NCBI GenBank assembly: GCA_049999805.1
Contig: JBNGIO010006384.1
Coordinates: forward strand, 1-64,000
Length of the DNA stretch: 64,000 nt
Source: Folioceros fuciformis
Taxonomy: Eukaryota
Reading direction: 5' to 3'
Shown here: one piece after another, positions 1 to 12,659 of the stretch
Position numbering within the stretch: the stretch's first letter is position 1
Layout of the letters: the number at the start of each line of letters is the position of its first letter
Translations under genes and position numbers: made by a program
The notes under the pieces: model-generated
The model's input: the letters and a program-made list of their open reading frames with translations, nothing else
What the model was told of the DNA's origin: nothing
Databases searched by the model: none

Positions 1-499
1 AGCTAGGGCATGGCCTCCATGGCCGTTCATGCCAGCCAAGCAATCAGCCAGCCTATCGTCAGACCCTGACCCTTGACACTAACATACCTAGATACCTGTT
101 TCTATGTTCAAACCATTATTTTATTATTTAATATTATTTATTTACTATTATATTAGTATTTAATATTATATATCTTTCATTAATATTAAACTAATCACCG
201 GACCTAGACTCAAACTTTCCCAACCCTATGGCCCGGTATAGGACCTAAACCTTCCCAGGTATGGGACCAAACCTATACCCACTCTTATAACCAAACCAAC
301 TATTTCCTGGTCAATTAACCTAATTAGCACAAAGAAAAATAGGAAAAATAACCAGAAAATCAAGGAAAATTAAGGAAAATAAGTAGAAAAAGAAAACCAA
401 ACCATACCACTATTAACCCTTTTTCAACCAAAACAAACCACTACCCCAAACTTTGGAGGTTCACACCAGGACATCATTATACGTGGTCTTTCCCTTCAT

Positions 500-1098
500 A
501 TGGTACGGCAAATTAGTGAGGCAGGATCCTCCAAGGAAGTGTGGGACCACCTTGCACAATTATACTCCTCCAAGGATGTTATGAGTTTGATGACTGCTAC
601 TTGTAATTTCCATAACCTTAAAATGAGGGAATCTGATACCATCGAACACCATATTAATGCATTTCGAATGGCAAGATCCCAACTTGAAGGTGCCTCCAAC
701 TCCAAGCTCTTCGAGTTAACATGCTTTGTTGCATTATTATCCTCTCTTCCATCCTCCTATAGATCATTTGTGACAACTCAGAACGCTATCTTGAGAACAA
801 CATAGAAGATTATGGATATGCATGAAATCTTGGATATAAGTGTAAATGAGTTGATTGGCACATTGATACAGGAGGAGTCTATTCGACGTCAAGACTCACG
901 AGCTAGCCGACAGCAAGTGATGTTCACAGGAAGAGGTCGCAGTCAAAACCGCACCAAAGGATCTCTTCCCACAAGGCCTACTACTTCCTCTCGAGGCTTC
1001 TCCAAGGGAGCCCCTTTGTCTTCCTCCACACCTACAAGAGGTAATAAGAAGACAGGAATTATTTGTAATTGGTGTAGAATCTCACATCACATGGAGAA
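500..1098 (+). mobile_element. Ty1/copia gag remnant (UBN2/gag_2 region plus truncated zinc knuckle)
   Basis: ORFs 500-805 and 812-1159 are in the same frame, separated by a TAG. They carry gag-like motifs (EVWDHL..YSSKD, LKMRESDTIEHHI, LLSSLPSSY, LIQEE). The CX2CX4HX4C knuckle CNWCRISHH is cut off at 1098. Confidence 0.8.
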
Positions 1099-1362
1099 TG
1101 TTCGGACAGAAACATGGCTTAGGTGCACAAGGAAGCAAAGTAAGTCTTATTTAGAATAATTGAATTAAGAAAGTTCCTGTGTCCTAGGTGCACAAGGAAG
1201 CAAAGTAAGTCTTATTTAGAATAATTGAATTAAGAAAGTTCCTGTGTCCTAAATACTTCTATAAAAGCAACCTTACGTAAAGGTGTGCCCTTTGGTGATT
1301 AAAGAATAACTGGCTTTTTAACTAAATTCTAAGTCGGGCTAGCTTAAACCCTAATTCTAACA
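1099..1362 (-). mobile_element. 3' LTR of a minus-strand copia element
   Basis: TGTT (1099)...AACA (1362) terminal inverted ends. On the minus strand it is immediately preceded by a polypurine tract AAGGGAGGG (1363-1371) and lies downstream of the minus-strand RNase H. Confidence 0.75.
1120..1251. repeat. Exact 65-bp tandem duplication inside the LTR
   Basis: taggtgcacaaggaagcaaag...gttcctgtgtcc occurs at 1120 and again at 1185. Confidence 0.95.
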
Positions 1363-2188
1363 CCCTCCCTTAAGCGTACGAGCTTAGAAAGGAATCAGAA
1401 GTAAGCAATCAGGTTCACGTCGCGTAAGCAATTATGTGTCAACCACCACACTTGAGTGCATGCGAAGCTAGCCAGGATGACAATAAATGGAGCCTCAGCA
1501 CCGGGGCTGTCATCCTCACAAGCGCACAAAACTATTGTGAGCGTGGGATTCAAGTGTCTGCAAGCAGGGCACCAAAGCCCGAGTTGGCAAACAAGGGCAT
1601 CAGCAAGCAGAAAGCAGCAGCAAGGTCCTGAGCCTGTGAGATTGGAGGACTAGAAAAAAACACCTTTTGCTGAGTGCCAGTGTGGCGGAGGCAGGTGGAA
1701 GATTTGTCCAGAGAAATCAAGCTTCGATGAACCAAGCCTCCAGTGAAGACTGAGGATTGGCTTCAGCGGATGGAGGTCACAGTGCAGCGCCTGATTGTGA
1801 AGCGAGAGGCGCGCAGAAGAGAAGAAGAAGGAAGTAAGAAAATAGTCATCCTAGATAAGGTCTGCTGTAGCTGTGCAGGGCGATTAGAATATCGTGGAGC
1901 TTCATCCACCTATCTGCAAGATTGCTTGCATCTGCACGCCACACGCATGTCTTGGGTCCTTGTGTGAATGTAACAAAACTGATACCCTCCCTGTCCATGT
2001 ACTGCAGCTCCTGAAGTGTCATAGGAGCGGAGAGGCGTAATACAGATCATCACTGAACACCAAGGTACCCAGATCTCACCCATAAGCTGATCATCACGGC
2101 TATGTTGCGGCCTTAAAATATTGTTGATAATTGAATAGGCCGAGACCTTCCATATGCTTGACGTGCTTGGCTTTCGGCAAAGGTTTGG

Positions 2189-2740
2189 TTAGGATGTCCG
2201 CTGTGTTATCATCTGTGTTATCACCACCCCCCTCTCAGCGGCATCTCTAACGTAATGATGGTGGACTTCGATGTGTTTAGTGCGGGTGTGGAAACGAGGA
2301 TTCGCCACCAAGGCTATCGCAGACTGATCATCACACCAGAGGTGAGTAGGGCCCGTTTGTGATTCCCCAATATCTTGTAAGAAAGCACGCTCCCACTCAA
2401 CCTCTTTCGTGGCATCTGTTAAAGACTTGTATTCGGCCTTAGTGCTAGAGAGGGCAATACTCGTCTGTTTCTTACAGCTCCAGTTGATAGCAGCCTGAGA
2501 AAGTAGAAAAACATATGTGGAAAGGCTTTTCCGGGAGTCACTATCAGAGGCCCAATCCGCGTCTATGAACCCCTTCAGAGATAAGTTCCCTGTTCCACTC
2601 CTTCTATAACAAAGTCCAATGTGATGAGTGCCTTTCAAGTAACGAAATATTCGTTTGACAGTAGTCCAGTGAGCACGTCTAGGGTTTTCTAGAAATTGAG
2701 AAACAATACTAACTGAGTGCTGTATATCAGGACGGTCCAG
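2189..2740 (-). mobile_element. Ty1/copia pol remnant (end of RT plus RNase H), 5'-truncated
   Basis: RPDI..VS.VSQFLENP...HW..VKRIFRYLKGT, then GFIDADWASD.DSRKS, KKQTSIALSST.AEY, CDDQSAI, RTKHIEV.HHYVRD. Confidence 0.92.
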
Positions 2741-2813
2741 TTGCTGACAAAAATCAAGCTACTGATAGCGTGTCGGTAGGGCTTAGAGTCGTAGGCTCAT
2801 CTCCTTCGCAGCG

Positions 2814-3548
2814 ATGGCGGGTGAGTTCAAGGCTTACGAATTTCTCTTCTGCAACATTTGCGGCGCCATGGTTAACTTCGACTCGGCAACTTACGTGTCC
2901 TGCCCCCTTTGCGGGAACCAGCGCAAGGCCAAGGGTAAGTCTTGCAAATTCACGGGAGTCTTGCAAACTGACCACACAGCCTCTGACAGAACAAGGTGGC
3001 AGATTTTCAGGGCAAGGAATTGAATTGGACCATCGAGTCTGAGGTAGAGAGCTTCCTGTTGCGACACGCGAGATACCTGATCAAGGAAGCCTGAAAATCT
3101 TGTGAATTTGTGCAGGACCTTCATCGGAGAGCGGGGACCGAACCTCTTATACGACCGATTGACGTGCAGGCTGCAGCACATGATTCCGAGGAGGTTCAGC
3201 AGCGGGCTGTGGTAAGTAAGCAAGCAAACAAGCGAGGGACCGGGTTTGATTGGAGCACAGGTTAAGTGCAGCTTGTTTGAAACAACGGTTTCTGAAGGTT
3301 TCTGCGTGCTAAATGGATTGGACGCAGGTGAATGACGAATGTCCTAAGTGCGGGCACCCTCAACTGGAGTACTACACCAGACAGGTTCGTCTAATGTGTG
3401 AATTTTATCGCTGACCAGGTAGCGTAGCCCTGCCTCGTCCGGTTTCTCATTCGCGATGCCGCTGCTACAGTTGCGATCTGCCGACGAGGGTCAGACAGTC
3501 TTCTACGAGTGCCCTAAGTGTCGTCACAAGTTCTCGCAGAACACGTGA
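2814..3548 (+). CDS. RPA12: DNA-directed RNA polymerase I subunit RPA12 (5 exons)
   Basis: N-terminal ribbon [14 protein letters not shown]-terminal TFIIS-like ribbon [32 protein letters not shown] is assembled across GT-AG introns. Stop TGA at 3546-3548. Confidence 0.92.
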
Positions 3549-4049
3549 ACGGCCTCCATACAAGTCTTTTTTTTTAGGCTGTGAACTGTCTAATTATCTT
3601 TCTCGGAAAAGGTTTCAGCCACTCCAGCGGGGAGTAGGGTCTTTTGCCTGCAGGGTGCGTAAGGGATAGTCATCACGCACAGAACACATCCTTCAGGGAC
3701 ACGCCAGCAAGGATGCTTAGAAAGGTCAAGCAATACTCAAGAACTTCAAACGTCCGCCATGAGCAGACACGCATATCCTCGAGCATTGCAGAATGTCCTC
3801 AGCAAAACATCCAAGGGCTGCTATCTGTGTCGGGAGCCTGATGCTACAATTGGCGCTGCCTCGTGTTCCGCACGCTGGCTGGAATTTTGTAGGACCTGAG
3901 TATTCTCGTTGCAGGAGCCACCTGCCCATATTTTTCGACGCTTCAATCTAACCACGCAACTCCTCTTTTACTCTGTCTGATCCTCCATCCCGCAGACTGC
4001 TGAGTGTTATTGCTTGGGGGCGTTGCTTTGCTCCTAAAAGTAGGGGCTA

Positions 4050-7000
4050 TCATACTTCGTAAAGCATGCCAATCTGCAGGGACTGGCCCGGTGGTATGTT
4101 CCATGTGGCCATGGTCGAGCGACAATTTTTCTTCAGAAAAGAGTACATTTTACCCAAGACAATTCGTTCCAACCAGCCACTGTCGTTGGTAACTTTCATT
4201 CGTGACTGCCCCAGAACAAAGATGGAGCCATATGCAGTCGCCTTTCTGAGCTCCCCTGTGTCCTCCGCAATCCATATTTTATGCTGGGGATCGTCCACAT
4301 CTAAAGTTCCCTCATCCGGCAAGGACGCCATTCCTGTGTTGCCTGTCAGGCCATCTAGGGAGGATCCTCTCTTGGTGGCGCGCTTCAAGTTGTACGCTTC
4401 CGCAGATTCCAGATATTCCATCAAGCTGGCAACCACCTGGCCCACGAACTCGTCGCTCTCAGCACTGAGAATGTCTTTGTAGCCGTACTGAGCCACGCAA
4501 CGGTACACGCCTTTGTATCCCAGGCTTCCCACCAGGAAACGCTCGGAAGGTAAAACAGTCTTGATGGGTAGGTACCTGATGGTGGTGAAAACGATCACCT
4601 GATGAAGAGACCGGACCAGCCGAACATAATGCCTGATTACAGGTGGAACTCCATGCATCAAGTCGCTGTAGAAGAAACAGATTCCCGGGACCCGTCTGCT
4701 TTCTGTGTTGGCGAGGAGGACACCCAAGCTATATACATCGATCTTATTCCGCATCTCATATTCTAGCTTTTTCTGTCTGCCATAACTCCAGGTGAGCATA
4801 ATCACAAGGAGAAACCCCGCAAAACCCAGCGGCACCCACCCACCTTGGGGAAATTTATTGAGCAACGACGTCAGGTACACTCCTTCCACCAATGAGAACA
4901 AAAGGAAAAATGCGAGCACAAATAGCCAATGAGTTTCCCACACAGTCAGCATCACTACAGTCATCAGCACCGTGGTTATTCCCATTACCCCTATCGCAGC
5001 CAATCCTGCAAAGGGGTAGATGTAACACTGTTAGACACCCTGGTAGCAGGTAGAACAAGGGCAAGGAACGTGTCTCAACAGTGACAACGGGACCAACGAG
5101 CTAGACAGGAGTGTTTCTTACCAAATGCATTGCCAATCGCCTGTCCACCTTGAAACCCGAATGTGACAACTATACATAGGGTCATGAGTGTATAGTTTAT
5201 TTCAGGAGAGTACACTTGTCCCTCATCTTCCGCTGAGGTGTGCACCAGCTTCACCCGTGGAAAGTAGTCGAGAGCGACTGACTGCTTGATTATAGAGAAG
5301 GTTGCTGAGATGAGCCCTTGACTGGCTACGATGGCTGCCAATGTGGCGACAACGAACATCGGCCAGTATACACGATTGGGTATAAAGGCAAAAAAGCCGT
5401 AGGAATGCTGGTCGGGATGCCTAATGAGATACGCAGTTTGCCCCGTGTACGTCAACAGAACCGACGGATACACTACACCTGTAAAAGCAAGCTTTTCCAC
5501 ACAACAGAAGGGCGGAGGATCAATGTCCCAGTTTGCAAACTAGCACAAGTCGGGAAGCTACAGTACAAGAAACAGGTGATTCTATCTCACATATTCACCT
5601 GAATCGATCGCTTGTTAAAATGTCCCATATCAGCGAACATTGCTTCAGCTCCTGGCAAATTATAAACCATAACGCACGCTCATGGTTGAAATGGAGACTT
5701 CGCAGTACAACCTTGCGTAGGCTTATGCAAGAACAGCGGTGGCAAGACCTTACCAGTGATACACAAAACCGTCCCACCTAGCATGCGCCAACCATCCATC
5801 TTCCTGGAGCGGAAGAGCTTGATAATATAATGAGGCGAAAATGCCTTGAAAACGGCAGGGTAGTGACGAGCAATATTGTATATTCCAATGATGGGTGTGG
5901 TTATCAGCCACGTAAGCATAATTGGAGAGAACAAGAAAGCCACCCTGTTGGTACCAAACCTTTGCAGCACGAATATGACGACCAGAATAACTGCTGAAGT
6001 CACCTGTACAGCAACTGCCGAAACAATAAAAGGAGAAGGCATGAGCATCCTCATTGCAGAAACCTCCGATTCCGCAGTCCCAACTCATCAGAAGAGAGTG
6101 ACCTCGTTCGAGACACAAAAGGTAAGAAAGTTCAACGCATGCAGAGATGGACGATTATCGGACACGATGTGCTCATTGCGTCTTACTTGAGCTGATCCCA
6201 GATTTCGTTTGTATACCATCGATTGCTGAGAGCACTGCAGACATGGTTGCATTCTCATGAGGATAGCAAAACATTCGTAATTTGAAACAGCTGCATGTGT
6301 TAAGACAAGTCGGTTCATGCGAGGTTGCCTAAGTTCCTGTTTTAGCAAATCCGAAGGGTCTCCATGAGAAAACCTGAAATTGCTGGAGTCAGAATTCCAT
6401 CCCCGATGATCATACAGGTACCCATCATGACAACAAACAACAGGATCTTCCGTGCTAGCTGGCTGCCTTCAAGTAGTCGTCGAGTTGCTGAGTTTATAGG
6501 ACGGTTCTTCGTGAAGTGGGAAAGCTTCTTATCAGAGTCAAGTCGTTTGTAATGCTTATCCACCTGCCGGCCAACATCAACATGCTGGCATAAGAAGGAA
6601 TACAGGGCGAAAGTTCCACCTGCACAACCATCCGATGGGTTAGAAGATACCTCCAGAGAGGAGTAACGAGGGATCAATATATTGAAACAAGCCAAGACGG
6701 GGCTGAAAGACACCTTCTCCATGGTCATCTGCATCCAGCACAATAAATGTGTACTTGACAACTCCGACAAGTGTGAGAGTCCAGAAGATGAGGCTTAGAA
6801 TACCGAGATAGTCTGCTTCATTGGGCGGATGTTTGAAGGTTACAGTGGGATAAACATACAGTGGCGAAGTCCCAAGATCACCGTACACCACTCCAAGAGT
6901 CTGATACGCATATAAAAGAGTTTTCCAAGGGGACAGTTCCTGATGTGCCAGACACACCAGTGAGAAAACTGCCAGAAACACTGCCTTGATACTGCGTTAT

Positions 7001-7576
7001 GAGACATCACCACAATTACCTTAGTCTCCCTGTACGTTTGCTCCATGCGTTCGTTGAAAAGCTCATCTGAAATTGATCTCCGCAGTTTGCTCATGGGCCT
7101 TGTTTCGACACCCCCCCTCGTTGAAATGGGCGAAGTCTTAGTTCCAGATGTCTCCACTACTAGGTCAAGCAATTATGTTAGGCACACAAGCAATGACAAG
7201 GCCCATTTAACGAGTGATCCTACAAGTATTGACATATCAAACATGCAGCTAGCTCGTTTGCAAAAATGAATTGAAAATGAATGTTATGGGCATGCTCAAG
7301 TCTCCATGCCCATAACGTCCACCGGCAGGAGCTAGCGAATACAGATGTGGTACACGAACCTCCTGCAAAACGAACACGGGGACGGTCTTCCATGGGCTCT
7401 CCACTTTCTGCTGCTTCCACATCTTCCCTGGTATCGTTTGACGAAGGAAGTTGGGCCGGTTCAGAGGTGTCGACTTTAGGGGAAGACGAAGGACCAGACA
7501 GAACCAAGCCAGGCACAATTCTTTCCACCAGAGAGAGAAATAAGTTGTCCTTAGCAGCTCCTTCAGGAACTTCCAT
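4050..7576 (-). CDS. HAK/KUP/KT potassium transporter (multi-exon; start codon uncertain)
   Basis: [86 protein letters not shown] and C-terminal LQIGMLYEV. Confidence 0.95.
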
Positions 7577-8845
7577 CTTGAACCTTGTCGTCTAGGGAGG
7601 ATAGAGCTGAGAATCATTGCAGTCCGCAGCAAGAGAAAATCCACATAGCGTCCCACTTTCCTTCACAGAGTGGCGTTGACACAGATATTTTCCCCAGGCC
7701 AGAATTCAGGTCGGAGGGACTGCAACCGCATAAAGAGCGTAAAAACCCCCTCCTCGACACCGTCTCTGACCTACCCCGTAGCAGTGGTAAGTTGAAGCCA
7801 GAGATAGCATTCTTGAATGCTGCGTTCAGTGGACATCACTCTCATGCGATAGCCAAACTGACTGCCGTACCAGCTCTACTAGCCCCGCACCCTCACACAA
7901 CAAAGCGCCCCCCAGAACGAGAGGGTTTACTCCGCTGAAGTGACAGGCCAGACTTGCGACAGATGATGAGAATCGGCCTGGGCCTGTAAGCAAAACACCA
8001 CATCTGGAAGCTCGGAGTGTATGTCTGCGGCATCCCTGATGCGCGAAGCTTCAATCATGCAGAAACACGCAGCCGGTGATAGCTTTCTTCCCCTTGCCTC
8101 TGAAACATGCGCGTCAGTTGTTGGCCCAACTTCAGAGCAAACCTGATGGATCAAAACCGAGTTGTAGCACCTAGCACCTATCAAATGCCCCGTAGATAGG
8201 AGAGAAACCGCAATAACAAGAAAAAAAGCGTTGCGCGCTGCTGCACAATGACAAGTTGCTGGCGTTGCTTGCCAAGACAAGATGAGCCACAGAAATCTCC
8301 AACAAACTAACTCCGCATTGCTGTGGCCTTGCTTAGCAAGAGAAGCGCGAGCCACACAAATCTCCACATAAACTAACATCACCAATGGGACAGGGAGGAA
8401 GATGAAGGGAAGGAAAGCACTTCCAAAGCACGTGGGACCCACCCCCAATTACCCCATGATCATCCCATGTCCTTATGCTGGTTGTTGCCCATCCCACAAG
8501 CTGAGCAAACGAATCTCCCGAATGCTTTGGGAAGCATATTCCACGTCCGTTGTGTACAACCTTCCTGTCGTTTGAACCTTGCCTGGCGCTGCTGAGGCCG
8601 AGAATCGCTGAGATAACTTGGAGGCCAGGAAACGCATTCCGTTAGGCTTGCGTGAACAATATTTAATGGTTGGCCACAAGAAGTCAGGTTTCCGCAGACA
8701 TGGGAGGAGCATTGCGAACGAGTATGCGAATCTTGAGCACGGATGCTGCGGCCAGTGCTCGCAGCTGCTGCTGCAGCATCAGCCGCCATTTCTGCCTTGA
8801 GAAGCTGCCTTCACCGTTCACGATTTCCGCATCCTTTCAAGCAAG

Positions 8846-9542
8846 ATGCCAGCGGCCTGTGTTCATGGCTGTGTCTTCCCGAATTCGCTATCGCACTCAC
8901 AAGCAGGAGCGCAGAAGGTCGCAAAGATTGGTTGCATTGCGCTTCCGAGAGGCGTGCCGGCTTCAAGCATTAAAGGAAGATTGCAAAAACGTGCGGCAGC
9001 AGCACCAGTTCGTGCCCTCTGCCTAGATGCGGATTCAAAGGACCAGTCAAGAAGCCGCGGCTCTGTGGAAGATGAGGATCTGACTTCTCCAAGCTTGTCT
9101 GTCCGACGGGCAGGTATGCGCTTTTGCCACACATCAGTCTGTCCGCCGTCTTCTGCCTCACTGTGTTTCTGCAGTCTCTTGTTGGAGATTGCTTCAAACG
9201 ACTCTTGTGGAAGGTTTGGAGGAGAGGTACGCTGTTCTCAACTCAGGCGTTTCCGAGTGCCGGTCCTGCGGCTACACCTACGATCAACGATCTGGAGACG
9301 CAGTGTATCCGGTTGCAGCGGGGACCAGCTTCCAGGACTTGCCCGAGAATTGGAGGTGCCCGACGTGCGGCGCCGCGAGGAGCTACTTCAGCAGCAAAGG
9401 CATCGAGGTGGCAGGATTTGCGCAAAACCAGAACTACGGATTAGGAGCCAATTCCCTCACCTCGGGCCAGAAGAGCGTCCTCATCTACGGTTCCTTGCTC
9501 TTCTTCTTCGCTCTCTTCCTGGCCGGCTACTGGCTGCAGTAG
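8846..9542 (+). CDS. RBD1: Chloroplast rubredoxin (RBD1/RubA-type, PSII-associated) with transit peptide, 1 intron
   Basis: ECRSCGYTYD...FQDLPENWRCPTCGA, then AGFAQNQNYGLGANSLTSGQKS and a C-terminal TM helix. An intron at ~9114-9174 joins the N-terminal transit-like exon in frame. Confidence 0.88.
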
Positions 9543-10852
9543 CCGCAGTTCAATCTGGACACGTGGAAGATGCGCATTCGTATTTTGTACTCTGTAAAAC
9601 CGTTGAGCCGGGAAAGGTAACCATGGTTTCATTGGCCACTCTCTCCTTGAGCGTACCTTGCACACCTCAGCTTGTGGTGAAGTAGTTGAGTCGATCATCA
9701 TGCATTGCCTGTAGAATTCCAGCCTCTTGGACAGTAACACTGTAAGGAAGGGAAAAAGCCCGATGTGAAGATGGGGCTGAGCAATTTTGCGGAGACGGTG
9801 GCGGCAGTGGGCACTGTTTACATGGATTGTAAGGAGATGTCCTTGTGGTTTGAGCTGGAGCGTCTATCTCCTTAGCTATGCTCTGATTCTGGCTTGATCC
9901 TTCGCAAGCTACTCCAGGGCTGAAGACGGGTAGCAAGCCGAAGACAGTAGAAGGCAAAGCTGTGGACCATCCAACCCTAGCAGTCCGGAAGGGAAGGGAA
10001 GCGAAGACAAGCACCAAAAGCAAAGAATGCCCGAATATTCTCGATTGCGTCCCTAGATCGACCTGTCTGCGTATCCGGCAGCTTGTGCGAAGCAGTTGGG
10101 AGAAGGTGTGTGTAAGTGTCCCAACCTGGCCATCCTCTCCGACGGCCTCCTCTAGATCAAGCCGTCTCCCTATATTTCCAGCTTCTCTCTGTATGTACTG
10201 TACGTGCTGCAGTGGGCATGGACGGGACGCCTGAACATCGATTGGACAGGCTTTCTGCGTGCTGGGTTTGGACACTCCGGTACGTATTTGCTTCTGATTG
10301 ACAGAACTATAGAGACCAGGTCGTATGGAAGCACATGTTTGCACATGTCGCTCAACTCCTGCCTCCAAAGCACGGCAGGTTGGCCGGATAGGAAGTGGAA
10401 GGCAAGAGGGTAAGACATGTAGTGCAATCTGATGATTTGTTGAGTTTTAAACTGGACGGACCCACCTGGCCGGTGGCGTGCCGCCTCCACAACAGTCGTG
10501 TGACGAAGATAGCGGTAGGGACATCCGAGCAGCCTATCTGATGCATTCCTCCTTCCCTGGGCGCGCCTGCCTGTGATGGAGCTGTCGGCGGGGTTGGACC
10601 GGAGTTGGCGGGCGGTAAGCCTTCCAGCCTGCCCGCACGTCGGCCTGACAACAGTGCGTGCGGGGAGTGCAGTGATGGCATTTGGGATCTGGCGCTCCCG
10701 ACGGTCCTGGTTCCTGATGTGTTCCGGCTGGGTTCTGTCGGGGCTGTCAGAGCGGGAATCGATAGTGTGATCTTGCTGGGATTGTTGTAGTGTGGCAGCA
10801 GTTAGTCGTGCATGACGTCCTTTCTAGTCTGGATGCAAGCTTGGAGCAAGTC

Positions 10853-12659
10853 ATGGAAGCCCAGGCTCAGCGAAGGGGCCGTCGACTGCTCTCTTCTTGC
10901 TCTTTGCTGCTAATTCTCGGGCTTTTTTTCATGCTGTACCCATACCTGGAGTTCCGCGTCGTTACCTTGCCTCTCACCGCCTGGCAGCCCTACACTGTTG
11001 CGACCTCGAGCTCCTGCCATTCTTGTGATCAATCTTGTGATGAGCGAGTGACTAGTAATGGTTCCGATGTCTCGAACTCGCCTGGTATCTGTGACCCGCA
11101 GGATCCGGATCCCGATCCTGATCCTGTTCCTGATCCGAGTCCGTTGGAATTGGACAAATTTGCCTCACTACTGCAGATCGAAGATGAAGGGGAGGGAGTA
11201 TCCTCGCATTCGCGCACTTCATTACAGCGGGACAAGGGGAAGGTGTGCAGGGATTCTTCAGGGTAGTGTTTTGGTGTTCAGGATTTTATTTGGTGGCATC
11301 AGAGAGCTGGCTGAGGTGCTTACGAGGTGACATGGCTTTGTGATACCTGCAGCTGGTAGCGGGAGGGCCTCGTGTGGCAATCTGTCTTGTTGGTGGAGCT
11401 CGATCGTTTGAGCTTACTGGCCCAACCTTAAAAAAATACGTCCTGGATGTGTATTCTGACGCTCATGTCTTCCTCCACTCACCTGTAGACAAGGATGCCC
11501 ATAAGTTCACTGTTTTACGGGGAACGAAGAACTTGGCCGCCATTCGGCTGTTTAATCCTGCTTTAATCCCTCGTGGTCGGGTCCCTCAAGGACTGCTCAC
11601 GAGCGCCGGCTCTCCCAAGGGACTCGAGGTAAGCGAAGCGCATGAACCATAGTTGTTGCGCTTAAGCAGGACTGTCTTCCTGCTCAAGGACGTGAGTGAA
11701 TTTCTGTACTTCAATTCTTGTACTTGCTTGAGTGACACAACGAAGCAAGCGAGGCACTTCAGGCTTGAATCTAGGAGCAAGCATACCACGTTTCAAGTAG
11801 GCATTGATCCTCCCAGAAGATAGCGCAAGATTCCTGTTTGCTCATGCCTGGCACTGGATGGAATTGACAGGGCCTATTGCGGTATTTCGCTCTGGTGGAA
11901 GGTTGCATCGACATGATCAAGGAGCGTGAAAGGAAGCACAACATTACGTACGATTGGATAATGAGGACGAGGGTGGACACATTCTGGAGCAACCCCGTTC
12001 CACCGGTCAGTGCATTCTATCCTGAGGTATACACAGTGCCCCACGGATGCCAGTTCGGTGGCTTGAATGACAGGTTTGGGATGGGCACGTGGAGAACCAG
12101 TGAAGTTGCTCTGGCACGACTGAGTATGCTGCCAATTCTCCATGCCCACGGCTACTCCAAGCTCAATTCGGAGTCGGCTTTCAAAATGCAGCTCGTGGTG
12201 TCCAACATATCATACCATCTCCTGCAGTTGCCTTTCTGTGTGCTGAGCCGGAGAAAGTATGCGTGGCCTCCAACAGACTATACGAGAACCCTGCCGGTTG
12301 CCTCCATTCTGAGCACAGGACCCCTGAATGGAGCCAAATGCAGACCTTGCACTCCCAAGCTCAGGGGCAAAGCTGCGGAGGTGCTGGTGAGTAAAGCGGC
12401 ACCGCCCGAGTCCTGGTTGGGACCCTTGAACTCATCGTCCGAGTCTGAGTTGCAGCTGTGTGATGCAAGAGGAGACTGGGGCTCAAATTGGCAGTCAATC
12501 TACGATGAGGTTGTGGGTCATGATAGCTCGCCAATCAGGCGCCATTTGTACAGCAGATCAGCACGCAGTTGTGTGCGTGACATGGAGGCCTTTAAAGCCG
12601 ACTGGGAGTTTTGGGATGCCCCACCGCCCCAGGAAATTTGCGCAGCAGCAGTACAGTAG
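10853..12659 (+). CDS. Conserved uncharacterised plant type-II membrane protein (RVAICLVGGAR family), probably 3 exons
   Basis: N-terminal TM (LLLILGLFFMLY), then a Pro/Asp stem, RVAICLVGGARSFELTGP, YDWIMRTRVD, GGLNDRFG and GPLNGAKCRPC. A GT-like function is only an inference. Confidence 0.75.

Noticed and set aside
7585-8800. Several 100-170 aa ORFs between HAK and rubredoxin
   Set aside because: No domain signal or consistent exon chain; they look like chance ORFs in a divergent promoter/UTR region.
9667-10790. 233-aa minus-strand ORF and neighbouring short ORFs
   Set aside because: No recognisable motifs; likely UTR or intergenic sequence.
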